DNA from: Elainellaceae cyanobacterium
Lineage (GTDB): Bacteria; Cyanobacteriota; Cyanobacteriia; CAZCXK01
Length of the DNA stretch: 12,881 nucleotides
NCBI GenBank assembly: GCA_051117555.1
Contig: JBNPEG010000246.1
Coordinates: forward strand, 11,114 to 23,994
Direction: 5' to 3'
A program made the position numbers and the translations under genes. The notes under the pieces are model-generated. The model was given only the letters and a program-made list of their open reading frames with translations, had not been told where the DNA came from and ran no database searches. Positions 1 to 9,027 of this stretch are shown one piece after another (positions within the stretch are counted from its first letter, which is position 1; the number at the start of each line of letters is the position of its first letter).

Positions 1-87
1 CAATATAACTAACTGCCACCACTTAAATTGAATCATGTTGCCCTCGAAGCCCTTTAAGCCAGTCTATAGCAAAAGAATGAAAGTAGA

Positions 88-189
88 AGGCAAGAGGCAG
101 TTCGCGAAGCGTTGCGCAGCAAAGGCAAGAGGCAGAAGCAAAAGGCAGAAGGCAGTTCGCGAAGCGTTGCGCAGCAAAGGCAGAAGGCA
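88..189 (+). repeat. Heptamer tandem repeat (AGGCARR) array containing two identical 21-nt inserts; gives a 33-bp direct repeat at 95-127 and 150-182
   Basis: AGGCAAG/AGGCAGA/AGGCAAA units; GTTCGCGAAGCGTTGCGCAGC at 100-120 and 155-175; resembles cyanobacterial STRR/short dispersed repeats. Confidence 0.8.
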
Positions 190-401
190 CATGCCTGCTA
201 TTGGGTTGTTCCAGCCATTTAGGGGGTCATAATGTCCACTTCACGTGCTATATCTTTCTCGCATGCGGTTCATAGGTTTCCTGCTATTTTCTAGCGAGTA
301 ATCCTCAAACTTCTATCCACTGGATGAAGCCAATTTACAGAATGATGTGTCAACAGGATGCGCCAACAGAAAGTATTACCGTGACGCATTTTTAATAATC
401 C

Positions 402-893
402 CTAAGCCGCTCTGAGATTTGTAGACCTCAGCGTGTAATGAACGGGGGGGCGAGTCGATCGAGAGGTCGCCGTTAGCAATCGAGGAATTTCAGCGCTGTT
501 ATAGACTCGAAATTCGCTTTGGATGGTAGCCTTGGCTGTTCTAACGGCCTGATTGAGAACTAATGAACCCTCTGGGTCAGATACTGAACGGTGGAACGTT
601 CCTGGAGGAATCCGCAGAATATCGCCATTGGCGTCAAGACGCACGATGTGAAAGGGATCGTCCCAGGCTAGATTTACCAAATAAAAGGTACGCCCTCCTG
701 TAAGTGCCAACAGATTGTCTTCTTGATTGGGATGGAGATAAAACTGCCAATATCCATCTGGGCTATTGTTTGGACTCACGGCAGGGCCCTCGTGAAAGAC
801 TAAATCACGAGCGTTAGAATTGGGGATCGTAACGTCGAAGAAGCGGACACTAGGAGTATCACGAAATTTGGAATACGGAATTAGCTCAAACAT
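402..893 (-). CDS. Conserved cyanobacterial cupin-fold (RmlC-like) protein, function unknown
   Basis: 163 aa, ATG start; cupin-like motifs YLHPNQEDNL and LRIPPGTFH; divergent from LysR gene. Confidence 0.75.
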   Translation of the reverse strand: MFELIPYSKFRDTPSVRFFDVTIPNSNARDLVFHEGPAVSPNNSPDGYWQFYLHPNQEDNLLALTGGRTFYLVNLAWDDPFHIVRLDANGDILRIPPGTFHRSVSDPEGSLVLNQAVRTAKATIQSEFRVYNSAEIPRLLTATSRSTRPPVHYTLRSTNLRAA

Positions 894-1025
894 GGATTCT
901 GATGTTGCGTCTGTTTGGGTGGGCAGAGCCTGTGAATTTGATCACAGTCGCTTTAATTCAGCCGATGTCAAACTACGTTAGCTTGGGCATTTGTTGAGGA
1001 TCAAAACAGATTGCGAGTCCAATCT

Positions 1026-1040
1026 ATTCGGAAACCGAAT
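1026..1040. promoter_or_regulatory. LysR-type recognition box (T-N11-A palindrome ATTCGG-AAA-CCGAAT)
   Basis: Perfect 6-bp inverted repeat with T1027-N11-A1039, immediately before the LysR start and upstream of the divergent gene. Confidence 0.7.
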
Positions 1041-1042
1041 TG

Positions 1043-1927
1043 ATGAATATCTTTCATTTACAGGTTCTATTAACCGTTGTCGAATGTAATAACTTTTCAG
1101 CGGCTGCACTGAAGCTCGATATTTCCCAGGCCGCAGTAAGTCGGGCGATCGCCGCCTTAGAAGACGAACTTGGCGTGTCTCTGCTCACTCGGGGTCGATT
1201 TGGCGCACGGCCTACCCTAGTAGGCGAACGGGTACTCTATCACGCTCGCCAAATTTTGCAGTCTCGCGACAACATTGACTATGAAATTAACTTGATGAAG
1301 GGGCTAGAAGGGGGGCGAGTGCGCGTTGCATCGTTTCGCAGTGCAGCCACTCATCTACTGCCTCCGCTGATTGCTCAATTTAGTCACCGATTTCCTAACA
1401 TCGACGTAACGCTCACCGAAGATGACCCTAATGGAGTCGAACAAGCCTTACGAGAAGGGCGGGTTGATATTGGCTTAGTCCCCCTCCCGCGCTCATGCGA
1501 AGACCTTGATACCTGGGAAATTGCTAAAGATGAATTTGTCGTACTGCTGCCATCGCCACGTCAACCCATTCCAGACTCGTTGACCTGGGAAGCGCTCTCG
1601 GCATACTCGTTTATTTTATTTAATTACGCAGAATGTACCTCAGAAGTACGAAACCATTGGGCAAAGTGGGATCAATCATTTAAGGTTGCCTTCGAAATCA
1701 AGGAAGATTCAACCATTGTCAGCATGGTTGCTCAAGGATTGGGGGCTGCTGTGCTCCCTCGCCTCGCAGCACTGCCTATTCCAGATGACGTCGAAGTGCG
1801 ATCGCTCCCCGTTCCATTGTTTCGAGTGATTGGGGCAGCCGTCATGTCAAATGTATTGCATCCGCCAGCCGTCTTTGCGTTCCTAGATCTACTTCGTGGC
1901 ACCGGGCTATTTGCAAAATCGGCTTGA
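1043..1927 (+). CDS. LysR family transcriptional regulator
   Basis: N-terminal HTH NFSAAALKLDISQAAVSRAIAALEDELG, then a substrate-binding domain (VDIGLV, MVAQGLGAAVLP); ATG 1043 (TTG 1040 alternative). Confidence 0.95.
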   Translation: MNIFHLQVLLTVVECNNFSAAALKLDISQAAVSRAIAALEDELGVSLLTRGRFGARPTLVGERVLYHARQILQSRDNIDYEINLMKGLEGGRVRVASFRSAATHLLPPLIAQFSHRFPNIDVTLTEDDPNGVEQALREGRVDIGLVPLPRSCEDLDTWEIAKDEFVVLLPSPRQPIPDSLTWEALSAYSFILFNYAECTSEVRNHWAKWDQSFKVAFEIKEDSTIVSMVAQGLGAAVLPRLAALPIPDDVEVRSLPVPLFRVIGAAVMSNVLHPPAVFAFLDLLRGTGLFAKSA

Positions 1928-1983
1928 GTCACCTTCTATAAAATACAGTAATTTTCAAATCGCGCTAAGTATAGAAATGGTGA

Positions 1984-2113
1984 TGTGGGACACGCCGCGC
2001 CCCACACACCGTGCTTATCCCAAGCATATACCGCTACAGCCATAGCAATCCCGTATGGGTTGTGAGCGGTGGGGCAGGCGGCGCCCGCGACGTGAGTGAG
2101 ACGCTCACACTAC
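1984..2113. repeat. Cluster of REP/MITE-like GC-rich hairpins between convergent genes
   Basis: TGTGGG...CCCACA (1984-2006), GTGAGTGAGACGCTCAC (2092-2108), and a degenerate copy of a dispersed repeat (2011-2036). Confidence 0.45.
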
Positions 2114-2174
2114 GGGTATGAAACTTCCGCCATCTTGTACTAGAAACCTAGGCAACAACAAGGCGATAGAAAAA

Positions 2175-2528
2175 CTACCATTGCTGTGCAACTTTAACAT
2201 TCGCATTTTGCAAGCCGGGGCGCTTTACATCTGCTAATGCTCTATTCACTGCATACTTCTGATTGATCGAAGAAATCAGCCCAGACGTATCATGCCCTGC
2301 TGAAACTCCCCAAAGGTCAGCCACGATACTCAATGAACCCCTTTCATTTCGAGCCCAACCAATATCATAGTCACCCTCTAAAACCGCTACAACATCAGCT
2401 TGAACCCGTTGACAGCCAGCACCTCTTACCTCTGCGTAAGTCTTAACGTTGATTCCCAGATCTTGAAGAGACGCTTTAAGCATCTCGACATCGTCGAGCT
2501 TAGTGCGTAATGTACTGAAATGAGACAT
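2175..2528 (-). CDS. ycf35: DUF1257 / Ycf35-like protein
   Basis: MSHFSTLRTK N-terminus, YDIGW, ADLWGV, INQKYAVN motifs; AGAGGA SD upstream; may be a paralogue. Confidence 0.88.
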   Translation of the reverse strand: MSHFSTLRTKLDDVEMLKASLQDLGINVKTYAEVRGAGCQRVQADVVAVLEGDYDIGWARNERGSLSIVADLWGVSAGHDTSGLISSINQKYAVNRALADVKRPGLQNANVKVAQQW

Positions 2529-2616
2529 ATGTCCTCTCTCGTCTATACAACTGGAACGACCACCCCAATTAGTTCCGTAGAACTAACCAGTTGGGTACGG
2601 TCAGAGTCAAATTTTG

Positions 2617-2634
2617 TTTACATTTCTTTACCTA
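2617..2634 (+). promoter_or_regulatory. HLR1-like (RpaB) direct repeat upstream of ycf35
   Basis: TTTACATT-TC-TTTACCTA against consensus (G/T)TTACA(T/A)(T/A)-N2-(G/T)TTACA(T/A)(T/A): one mismatch. Confidence 0.45.
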
Positions 2635-2724
2635 AAAAATGCATCTTTATACTAGCCGTTAATCTGACAACCTTTGCTCTATCAATAGGGGAGTATCACA
2701 TCCGCTAATTTTATTTTGCAAATC

Positions 2725-2753
2725 TATATAGCCCTACGGGCTTAGATAAGCAC
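2725..2753 (+). repeat. Dispersed TATAGC-ended intergenic repeat (MITE-end-like)
   Basis: Reverse complement matches 9796-9813 at 17/18 and 2011-2036 at about 19/26. Confidence 0.55.
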
Positions 2754-2821
2754 ACCTTACGAGTTGCATAGATGCCGGTAAAGACTCTTCTACTCTGCTT
2801 TTCAACGATCTTACAGCGGCA

Positions 2822-4384
2822 TTAGGGCAACTCCTGCGACAGGGTAGTCAATTTGATTTGGAGATGGGCGATCGCCTCGTACTCTTTTGCAAATACATCA
2901 ACTAACCGTTCAAACACCGGAAGTACTGTTTGATAGATAGCAACATTGCCAGCATTGGGCGAATGGTGATAGGTTTTGCCCACCATTGTCGTGGCGACGT
3001 CTAGTGAACTGACTTCGCCCAGCGCATAGAGTCCCAAAATTGCAGCTCCCAAGCACGAGCTTTCATACTGCTCAGGAATCACGACCTCGCGATTAAAAAT
3101 ATCCGCCATCATCTGTCGCCACACCGCTGATTCGACAAACCCTCCCGTGGCTTGAATGTGGGTAGCTTCTCCAGCAAAATCTTCGAGCGCCTTAAAGACC
3201 AGATACAGGTTGTAAATAATACCTTCCAATACAGCACGAACCAGGTGTGACTTAGTATGGTTGAGGCTTAGCCCAAAGAAGGATGCCCGGGCGTCAGCAT
3301 TCCATAGAGGCGATCGCTCTCCCATTAAATACGGATGGAAGATCAGCCCGTCCGAACCAGGCGGCACGGTCTCTGCCAGCATGGTTAATAGCTCGTACAC
3401 GTTTTTACCGAGGCGTTCAGCAGTGGCAATTTCGGCATCAGCCAACTGGTCGCGAACCCAGCGCAGAGCAATGCCCCCATTGTTAACCGATCCACCAATG
3501 ACCCAGGATTGCTCGGTCAGCGGATAGCAAAACAGACGCGCTTTGGGATCAGTAGTGGGGCGATCGATGACAGCGCGAACGGCTCCGCTGGTGCCAATCG
3601 TGATAGCGACAACATTGGGGGCGATCGCCCCGACACCTAGATTAGACAACACGCCATCACTTGCTCCCATCACGACTGGGGTTTCCGGTAAAATTCCCAT
3701 TGCCGCCGCCATATCGGGCTGCATCGACTGCAAAACCTGAGTAGTGGGGACTAATTCAGACAGCAAATTTTTTGATATTCCGGCTAGCTCAAGTGCCTCC
3801 GCATCCCAATCGAGGTGATGAATATTCAATAAGCCCGTGGCAGTTGCGATTGAGTGATCTACTACATATCGGCGAAATAACCGATAAAACACATACTCTT
3901 TAATTGAAATGAATTTAGCAGCTCGGCTGAATAAGTCGGGTTGCTCGTGGCGCAACCACATCAGTTTCACCAAGGGAGACATAGGATGGATGGGAGTTCC
4001 CGTGCGGCGATAGATCCCATGACCGTCATAATCTTGTTTAATCCGCGTGGCCCATGCTGCACTGCGGTTGTCAGCCCAGGTTATACTGCGTGTCAGAGGA
4101 TCTCCCTCGGCATCTACCCCGATTAAGCTATGCATCGCAGCACTCACCGATAGGCAGAGAATATCACGGGGCTGGATTTGGCATGTGTGAATAACCCGGC
4201 GCACCGTGTCAACCACAGCAGCAACAATTTGATTGGGATCTTGTTCAGCAGTAGACCTATCAGGTGTATACAAGGGGTAGCCTTGGGATGCCTTGCCCAC
4301 CATCGTGCCTGCTGCTGTAAACAGCACTGATTTGGTGCTAGTCGTGCCAATGTCAATCCCGATGACATATTGATGGTTTGCCAT
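2822..4384 (-). CDS. gntK: Gluconokinase, FGGY carbohydrate kinase family
   Basis: IGIDIGTTSTK, WADNRS, GTPIHPMSPL, GASDGVLSNLGVG, PYLMGERSP, ATGGF motifs typical of Bacillus-type GntK; 520 aa. Confidence 0.88.
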   Translation of the reverse strand: MANHQYVIGIDIGTTSTKSVLFTAAGTMVGKASQGYPLYTPDRSTAEQDPNQIVAAVVDTVRRVIHTCQIQPRDILCLSVSAAMHSLIGVDAEGDPLTRSITWADNRSAAWATRIKQDYDGHGIYRRTGTPIHPMSPLVKLMWLRHEQPDLFSRAAKFISIKEYVFYRLFRRYVVDHSIATATGLLNIHHLDWDAEALELAGISKNLLSELVPTTQVLQSMQPDMAAAMGILPETPVVMGASDGVLSNLGVGAIAPNVVAITIGTSGAVRAVIDRPTTDPKARLFCYPLTEQSWVIGGSVNNGGIALRWVRDQLADAEIATAERLGKNVYELLTMLAETVPPGSDGLIFHPYLMGERSPLWNADARASFFGLSLNHTKSHLVRAVLEGIIYNLYLVFKALEDFAGEATHIQATGGFVESAVWRQMMADIFNREVVIPEQYESSCLGAAILGLYALGEVSSLDVATTMVGKTYHHSPNAGNVAIYQTVLPVFERLVDVFAKEYEAIAHLQIKLTTLSQELP

Positions 4385-4402
4385 GCCTTGAAAAGACTAA
4401 AA

Positions 4403-4474
4403 AGCCCGTGACGAGGATTGAACTCGTGACCTCACCCTTACCAAGGGTGCGCTCTACCACTGAGCTACACGGGC
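4403..4474 (-). tRNA. trnT: tRNA-Thr (GGT)
   Basis: GCCCGTG acceptor stem, D-loop AGTGGTA, anticodon arm CACCC-TTGGTAA-GGGTG, T-loop TTCAAT; CCA not encoded. Confidence 0.97.
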
Positions 4475-4494
4475 AAAAGACCATCACTATGCAG

Positions 4495-4579
4495 TGGTGG
4501 GCCGGGCTGGATTCGAACCAGCGTAGGCATAGCCAGCGGATTTACAGTCCGCCCCCATTAACCACTCGGGCACCGACCC
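4495..4579 (-). tRNA. trnY: tRNA-Tyr (GTA)
   Basis: GGGTCGG acceptor, anticodon arm GCGGA-CTGTAAA-TCCGC, long variable arm, GTTCGAATC, encoded CCA. Confidence 0.97.
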
Positions 4580-4600
4580 GTCTAACGTGCACGGATATTG

Positions 4601-4609
4601 ATGTTAACA
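4601..4609 (-). promoter_or_regulatory. Putative extended -10 promoter element of the trnY-trnT operon
   Basis: TG-T-TAACAT ending about 22 nt upstream of the tRNA-Tyr 5' end. Confidence 0.45.
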
Positions 4610-4677
4610 CACTGTCGGCACCATCTGTACAAAACTCAGGGGGGATTTTTATCGAATTTGGACGGGCGTTGCAAAAT

Positions 4678-5907
<1,230 letters not shown>

Positions 5908-6201
5908 CTACACACAACAGCGAAGAAACGGCTGAACCAGCCCAGTTTCCATCGCCGATTTCTAGAATCGAAACCTTAATACTCAAGACCAGATTGCTGG
6001 CTTTCGATGCGATCGCGCCAGCGTACCAATCTGTTCCCCAACATTCACCGATCGCGTCCTTATCGGGCGTGCAGTTCATCTGTAAAAATAGAGGACTATT
6101 CTGAGATGATACTCTTCTCTTGAGATTGAGGATAGAGGGGAACACACCATTAACTAATATTTTATTAAGGCAAGATATTGGAGCCGGATGTCGTAGACGC
6201 G

Positions 6202-7131
6202 TTACTCTTCGTTATCATGCTCTGGAATATCGGCTACTGCTTGCAGTTGACCATAAGTTCCCTCAGCAAATCCAGTGAATTTATACTGAGAGTTGCTGTT
6301 TGCCTTGGCAGAAAGTTCTAAATGTTTCCAGGTTAATCCCTGATCAGAGTGTCTCCAATAGTGAACCGCTTCAATCGCAGCCTTAATCTGTGGGCTTCGA
6401 GTATTAACCTGCTTCAAGGCAATTTCAATATCTTGATCTGAAGCTTCACGCAAATTAATCCGATGTTCTGGCGGTGTGACCGATGAGGGCTTTCCAGAAA
6501 ACCTTAGCTGTTGCTGAATATCATCCAGTTTTTCTAAAACCTTTTTTAAATCGTCCAAACTATTGCTTGCGTTGCTGAGACTATCAATTCTGTAATGTAG
6601 AACTTTTAATTTTTCATCCAAATCACTTCTAATTCCATTGAGGAGAGGAGTGATTGAATTCCTAATCGAATTAGTAGTAAGTTGAAGTTTTTGATCGATC
6701 AGAACGGCAATATCAGAATCTATAGAATCAGGACCTTTTGTAGATGTTTGGGTTTCTTGAATACCTCCCGTTAACATTTCCATTTCATCAATGGCAGCGA
6801 TCGCCTGTTCATCGGTCATATCAAAGACCCATGCCCACACCTTTTCAATATCTAGCTCTTGAGCAACCTGTAGCCAATCAGCGCCATATACCAACTCATA
6901 TTCAATGTCTTCATCTTCATAGGCATCGGTGCGGCGTATGATCAGTGAAATCAAATTACTTTGATGAGCAAGGAGGCTTTTCTCAATAGCCTGTCGTTGC
7001 TCTAACGAAATCGTTTGTTTTCTAGAGTCGGGGAGGGCAATTTGAAAGGTATAAACTTGCCCATGATTAATGGGTTTGATGCCCAAGTTTTTACTAATAA
7101 GCTCACGCCGAATATCTTGACTCATGCTCAA
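6202..7131 (-). CDS. Degenerate ParB/Srx-like N-terminal domain + coiled coil + HhH(ComEA)-like C-terminal domain protein
   Basis: SNLISLIIRR...YELVYGADWLQVAQELDIEKVWAWV has the ParB-fold pattern; heptad-rich middle; INLREAS...AIEAVHYWR...FTGFAEGTYGQL is HhH-like; TAAGGAG SD overlaps the upstream stop; start TTG 7131 or ATG 7125. Confidence 0.7.
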   Translation of the reverse strand: MSMSQDIRRELISKNLGIKPINHGQVYTFQIALPDSRKQTISLEQRQAIEKSLLAHQSNLISLIIRRTDAYEDEDIEYELVYGADWLQVAQELDIEKVWAWVFDMTDEQAIAAIDEMEMLTGGIQETQTSTKGPDSIDSDIAVLIDQKLQLTTNSIRNSITPLLNGIRSDLDEKLKVLHYRIDSLSNASNSLDDLKKVLEKLDDIQQQLRFSGKPSSVTPPEHRINLREASDQDIEIALKQVNTRSPQIKAAIEAVHYWRHSDQGLTWKHLELSAKANSNSQYKFTGFAEGTYGQLQAVADIPEHDNEE

Positions 7132-7140
7132 TAGATCTCC

Positions 7141-8565
7141 TTAGATTACACTCATCAAGTGGCTAGCTAAATTTTCCAGCCTTGAAATTGCAGCTTGAGC
7201 CGATTCCCGATCTTGAGAACTCAATTCATCATCAAGTTCTGCGTGTTGAATCGGATAGCCCTGCTCAGGACATTTAGAAATAATATTTAATCGGGGTATC
7301 CACGTACTTTCTGGAAATAATTTGATGGCTCTATTTTCTGAGTTTTTAGTTAAGATATCCCGAAAAGATTCTTCCATCGAATGATTAAAGCTAGACGATC
7401 GCTGATCATACATACTCACAGCAATTCCCAGAATAGGCAATGGATCATCTTTGAAGTCTTCTACCTCTTCTACACGTCCAATTACATACTCCAAGGCTCG
7501 AATTGGGTAGGGTGACAGTTGGGTAGGAATTAAAATTCCTGATGATGCCATTAGCGATATGCTGTTAACCTTACCAAACGATGGAGGCGGGTCGATAAAA
7601 ACAAAATCATAGTCATGGTTTCTTAGCTTCTTGACCAGAATGCGATCGCTATCAACCGTCTGAATTAATTCGCTCTCCATCTTACTCAATCGTATATGAG
7701 ATGGAACGATATCTAATTGAATATCTCCCCAGCGCTTGCGATAAATTACATCATTGAGTTTAGTTCTTGGCTCTAGTAGTAGATGAGTAATGTCTTTCTT
7801 GCCTGCTAATTCGACATCATTTAAGGGGTCAATTCCCAGACCTGTTGATAAATTGGCTTGAGCGTCAATATCAATCAGCAGTACTCGTTTACCCAACTTC
7901 GTCAGCATTCCTGCTAGATTAATCGTCAATGTGGTTTTACCTACACCGCCTTTGTTATTAAAAACAGTAATAATCATAGACTTTCGTTCCTTCTGAGCTG
8001 GTTGACTGATCGGGTCGGACTTTACACCTAGGAGCCTTAACAGCGCTTGACTGGCAAATGCCTTTGAAATCGATTGAGCGAATTTAAATTGAATATGTTG
8101 CTGACTGCGATTTAGCGCGTCTTCTACTTTTAGGCAGGTTGCCTTGCTGAGCAGGTTATAGATCAGACCAAAATGTTCAGCTAGGGTTGACTGAGAATAT
8201 TCAGAAATCGTGACGACCTGCCCTTGATAGTGATACAGGAGATGAAACACGTAGCCATTTGTCAGCAGCCCAAGAATGGCCTTGGATTGCCGCATATATT
8301 CACTAATTTGCCAAACGCTCTGAGCGATTTTCTTGTTGGGTGCTTTTACCTCTATAACAAGATATGGCAGTTGATGCACCGATGAACTGGGAGGGTGAAC
8401 TAGGAAGTCCGCTTTATTTTTACCAATTCCAACTTGAGATTTCCAGTCAGCATCACGATAGCCAAGAATGGTGAGAAGCGGAAGCACAACCTTATACGTG
8501 ATGTCAGACTCATTACTCTCTGGAGTGATAGACTCAAGGAATTTTAGTTGAGGGAGAGTATTCAA
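7141..8565 (-). CDS. HsdR-N-like PD-(D/E)XK nuclease fused to ParA/Soj-family ATPase
   Basis: E19, D53, E72-x-K74, Q86xxxY90, LLTNG nuclease motifs; deviant Walker A KGGVGKT (K205), DIDAQAN, Walker B FVFIDPPP; TTG start. Confidence 0.9.
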   Translation of the reverse strand: MNTLPQLKFLESITPESNESDITYKVVLPLLTILGYRDADWKSQVGIGKNKADFLVHPPSSSVHQLPYLVIEVKAPNKKIAQSVWQISEYMRQSKAILGLLTNGYVFHLLYHYQGQVVTISEYSQSTLAEHFGLIYNLLSKATCLKVEDALNRSQQHIQFKFAQSISKAFASQALLRLLGVKSDPISQPAQKERKSMIITVFNNKGGVGKTTLTINLAGMLTKLGKRVLLIDIDAQANLSTGLGIDPLNDVELAGKKDITHLLLEPRTKLNDVIYRKRWGDIQLDIVPSHIRLSKMESELIQTVDSDRILVKKLRNHDYDFVFIDPPPSFGKVNSISLMASSGILIPTQLSPYPIRALEYVIGRVEEVEDFKDDPLPILGIAVSMYDQRSSSFNHSMEESFRDILTKNSENRAIKLFPESTWIPRLNIISKCPEQGYPIQHAELDDELSSQDRESAQAAISRLENLASHLMSVI

Positions 8566-8613
8566 AATATTAAGCCAGCCTACGCTCTCACCAGTTTAAC
8601 AGGGGACGATCTT

Positions 8614-8997
8614 ATGCAAATTACAACACCCGCGCTTTTATTTCCTGCAATTTCATTGCTGCTTTTAGCGTATACCAATCGGTTTCTGGTACTTGCACAA
8701 CTCATCAGACAACTACATAGTTCACGAGACACCGATAAGAGTCATTTAATCGTGCGTCAGATTTCGGGACTCCGCAAACGCATTATTCTAATCAAGCAAA
8801 TGCAATCCTTTGGAGTGATTAGCTTTCTATTGTGTACGGGATCGATGTTTTCGCTGTTCTTAAATCTGGAACCGATGGGCGAGATTTTATTTGGAATGAG
8901 CGTGTTGGCCTTATCGACATCTCTGATTTATTCACTGTATGAGGTCAGTATTTCAACCAATGCCCTATCCGTTGTTCTAGAAGATATGGATCGATAA
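8614..8997 (+). CDS. DUF2721-like small membrane protein
   Basis: MQITTPALLFPAISLLLLAYTNRFL start, about three hydrophobic segments; AGGGGA SD before ATG 8614 (the ORF-track start 8548 overlaps the neighbouring gene). Confidence 0.82.
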   Translation: MQITTPALLFPAISLLLLAYTNRFLVLAQLIRQLHSSRDTDKSHLIVRQISGLRKRIILIKQMQSFGVISFLLCTGSMFSLFLNLEPMGEILFGMSVLALSTSLIYSLYEVSISTNALSVVLEDMDR

Positions 8998-9005
8998 TCT
9001 TCTTT

Positions 9006-9027
9006 TCCATTAACGTTTTTTAATGGA
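9006..9027. terminator. Possible hairpin downstream of the DUF2721 gene
   Basis: TCCATTAA-cgtttt-TTAATGGA 8-bp stem, AT-rich and weak. Confidence 0.3.

Noticed and set aside
95..182. 33-bp direct repeat as a mini CRISPR array
   Set aside because: Only two copies, the 22-nt spacer is itself heptamer repeat, and no cas genes are present
35..232. 65-aa basic ORF
   Set aside because: Translation of the heptamer repeat array; no protein features
238..250. TTCACGTG as a parS site
   Set aside because: Only the core of the 16-bp parS palindrome; flanks do not match and it is far from the ParA/ParB-like genes
2520..2708. 62-aa ORF divergent from ycf35
   Set aside because: Overlaps the ycf35 start and AT-rich promoter; no SD or motif
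3261..4368. Short antisense/alternate-frame ORFs inside gntK (likewise those inside lysR, the CNNM, ParB-like, GT39 and PG-binding genes)
   Set aside because: Contained in or almost wholly overlapping well-supported genes, with no independent coding evidence
4402..4410. tRNA-Thr 3' end as att site (AAGCCCGT recurs at 3831 and 9796)
   Set aside because: Matches are only 8-9 nt, there is no integrase, and the 9796 copy is better explained by the TATAGC repeat family
7141..8565. Type I restriction-modification hsdR or ordinary chromosomal parA
   Set aside because: No helicase motor, HsdM or HsdS; the nuclease fusion and degenerate partner are unlike canonical parAB
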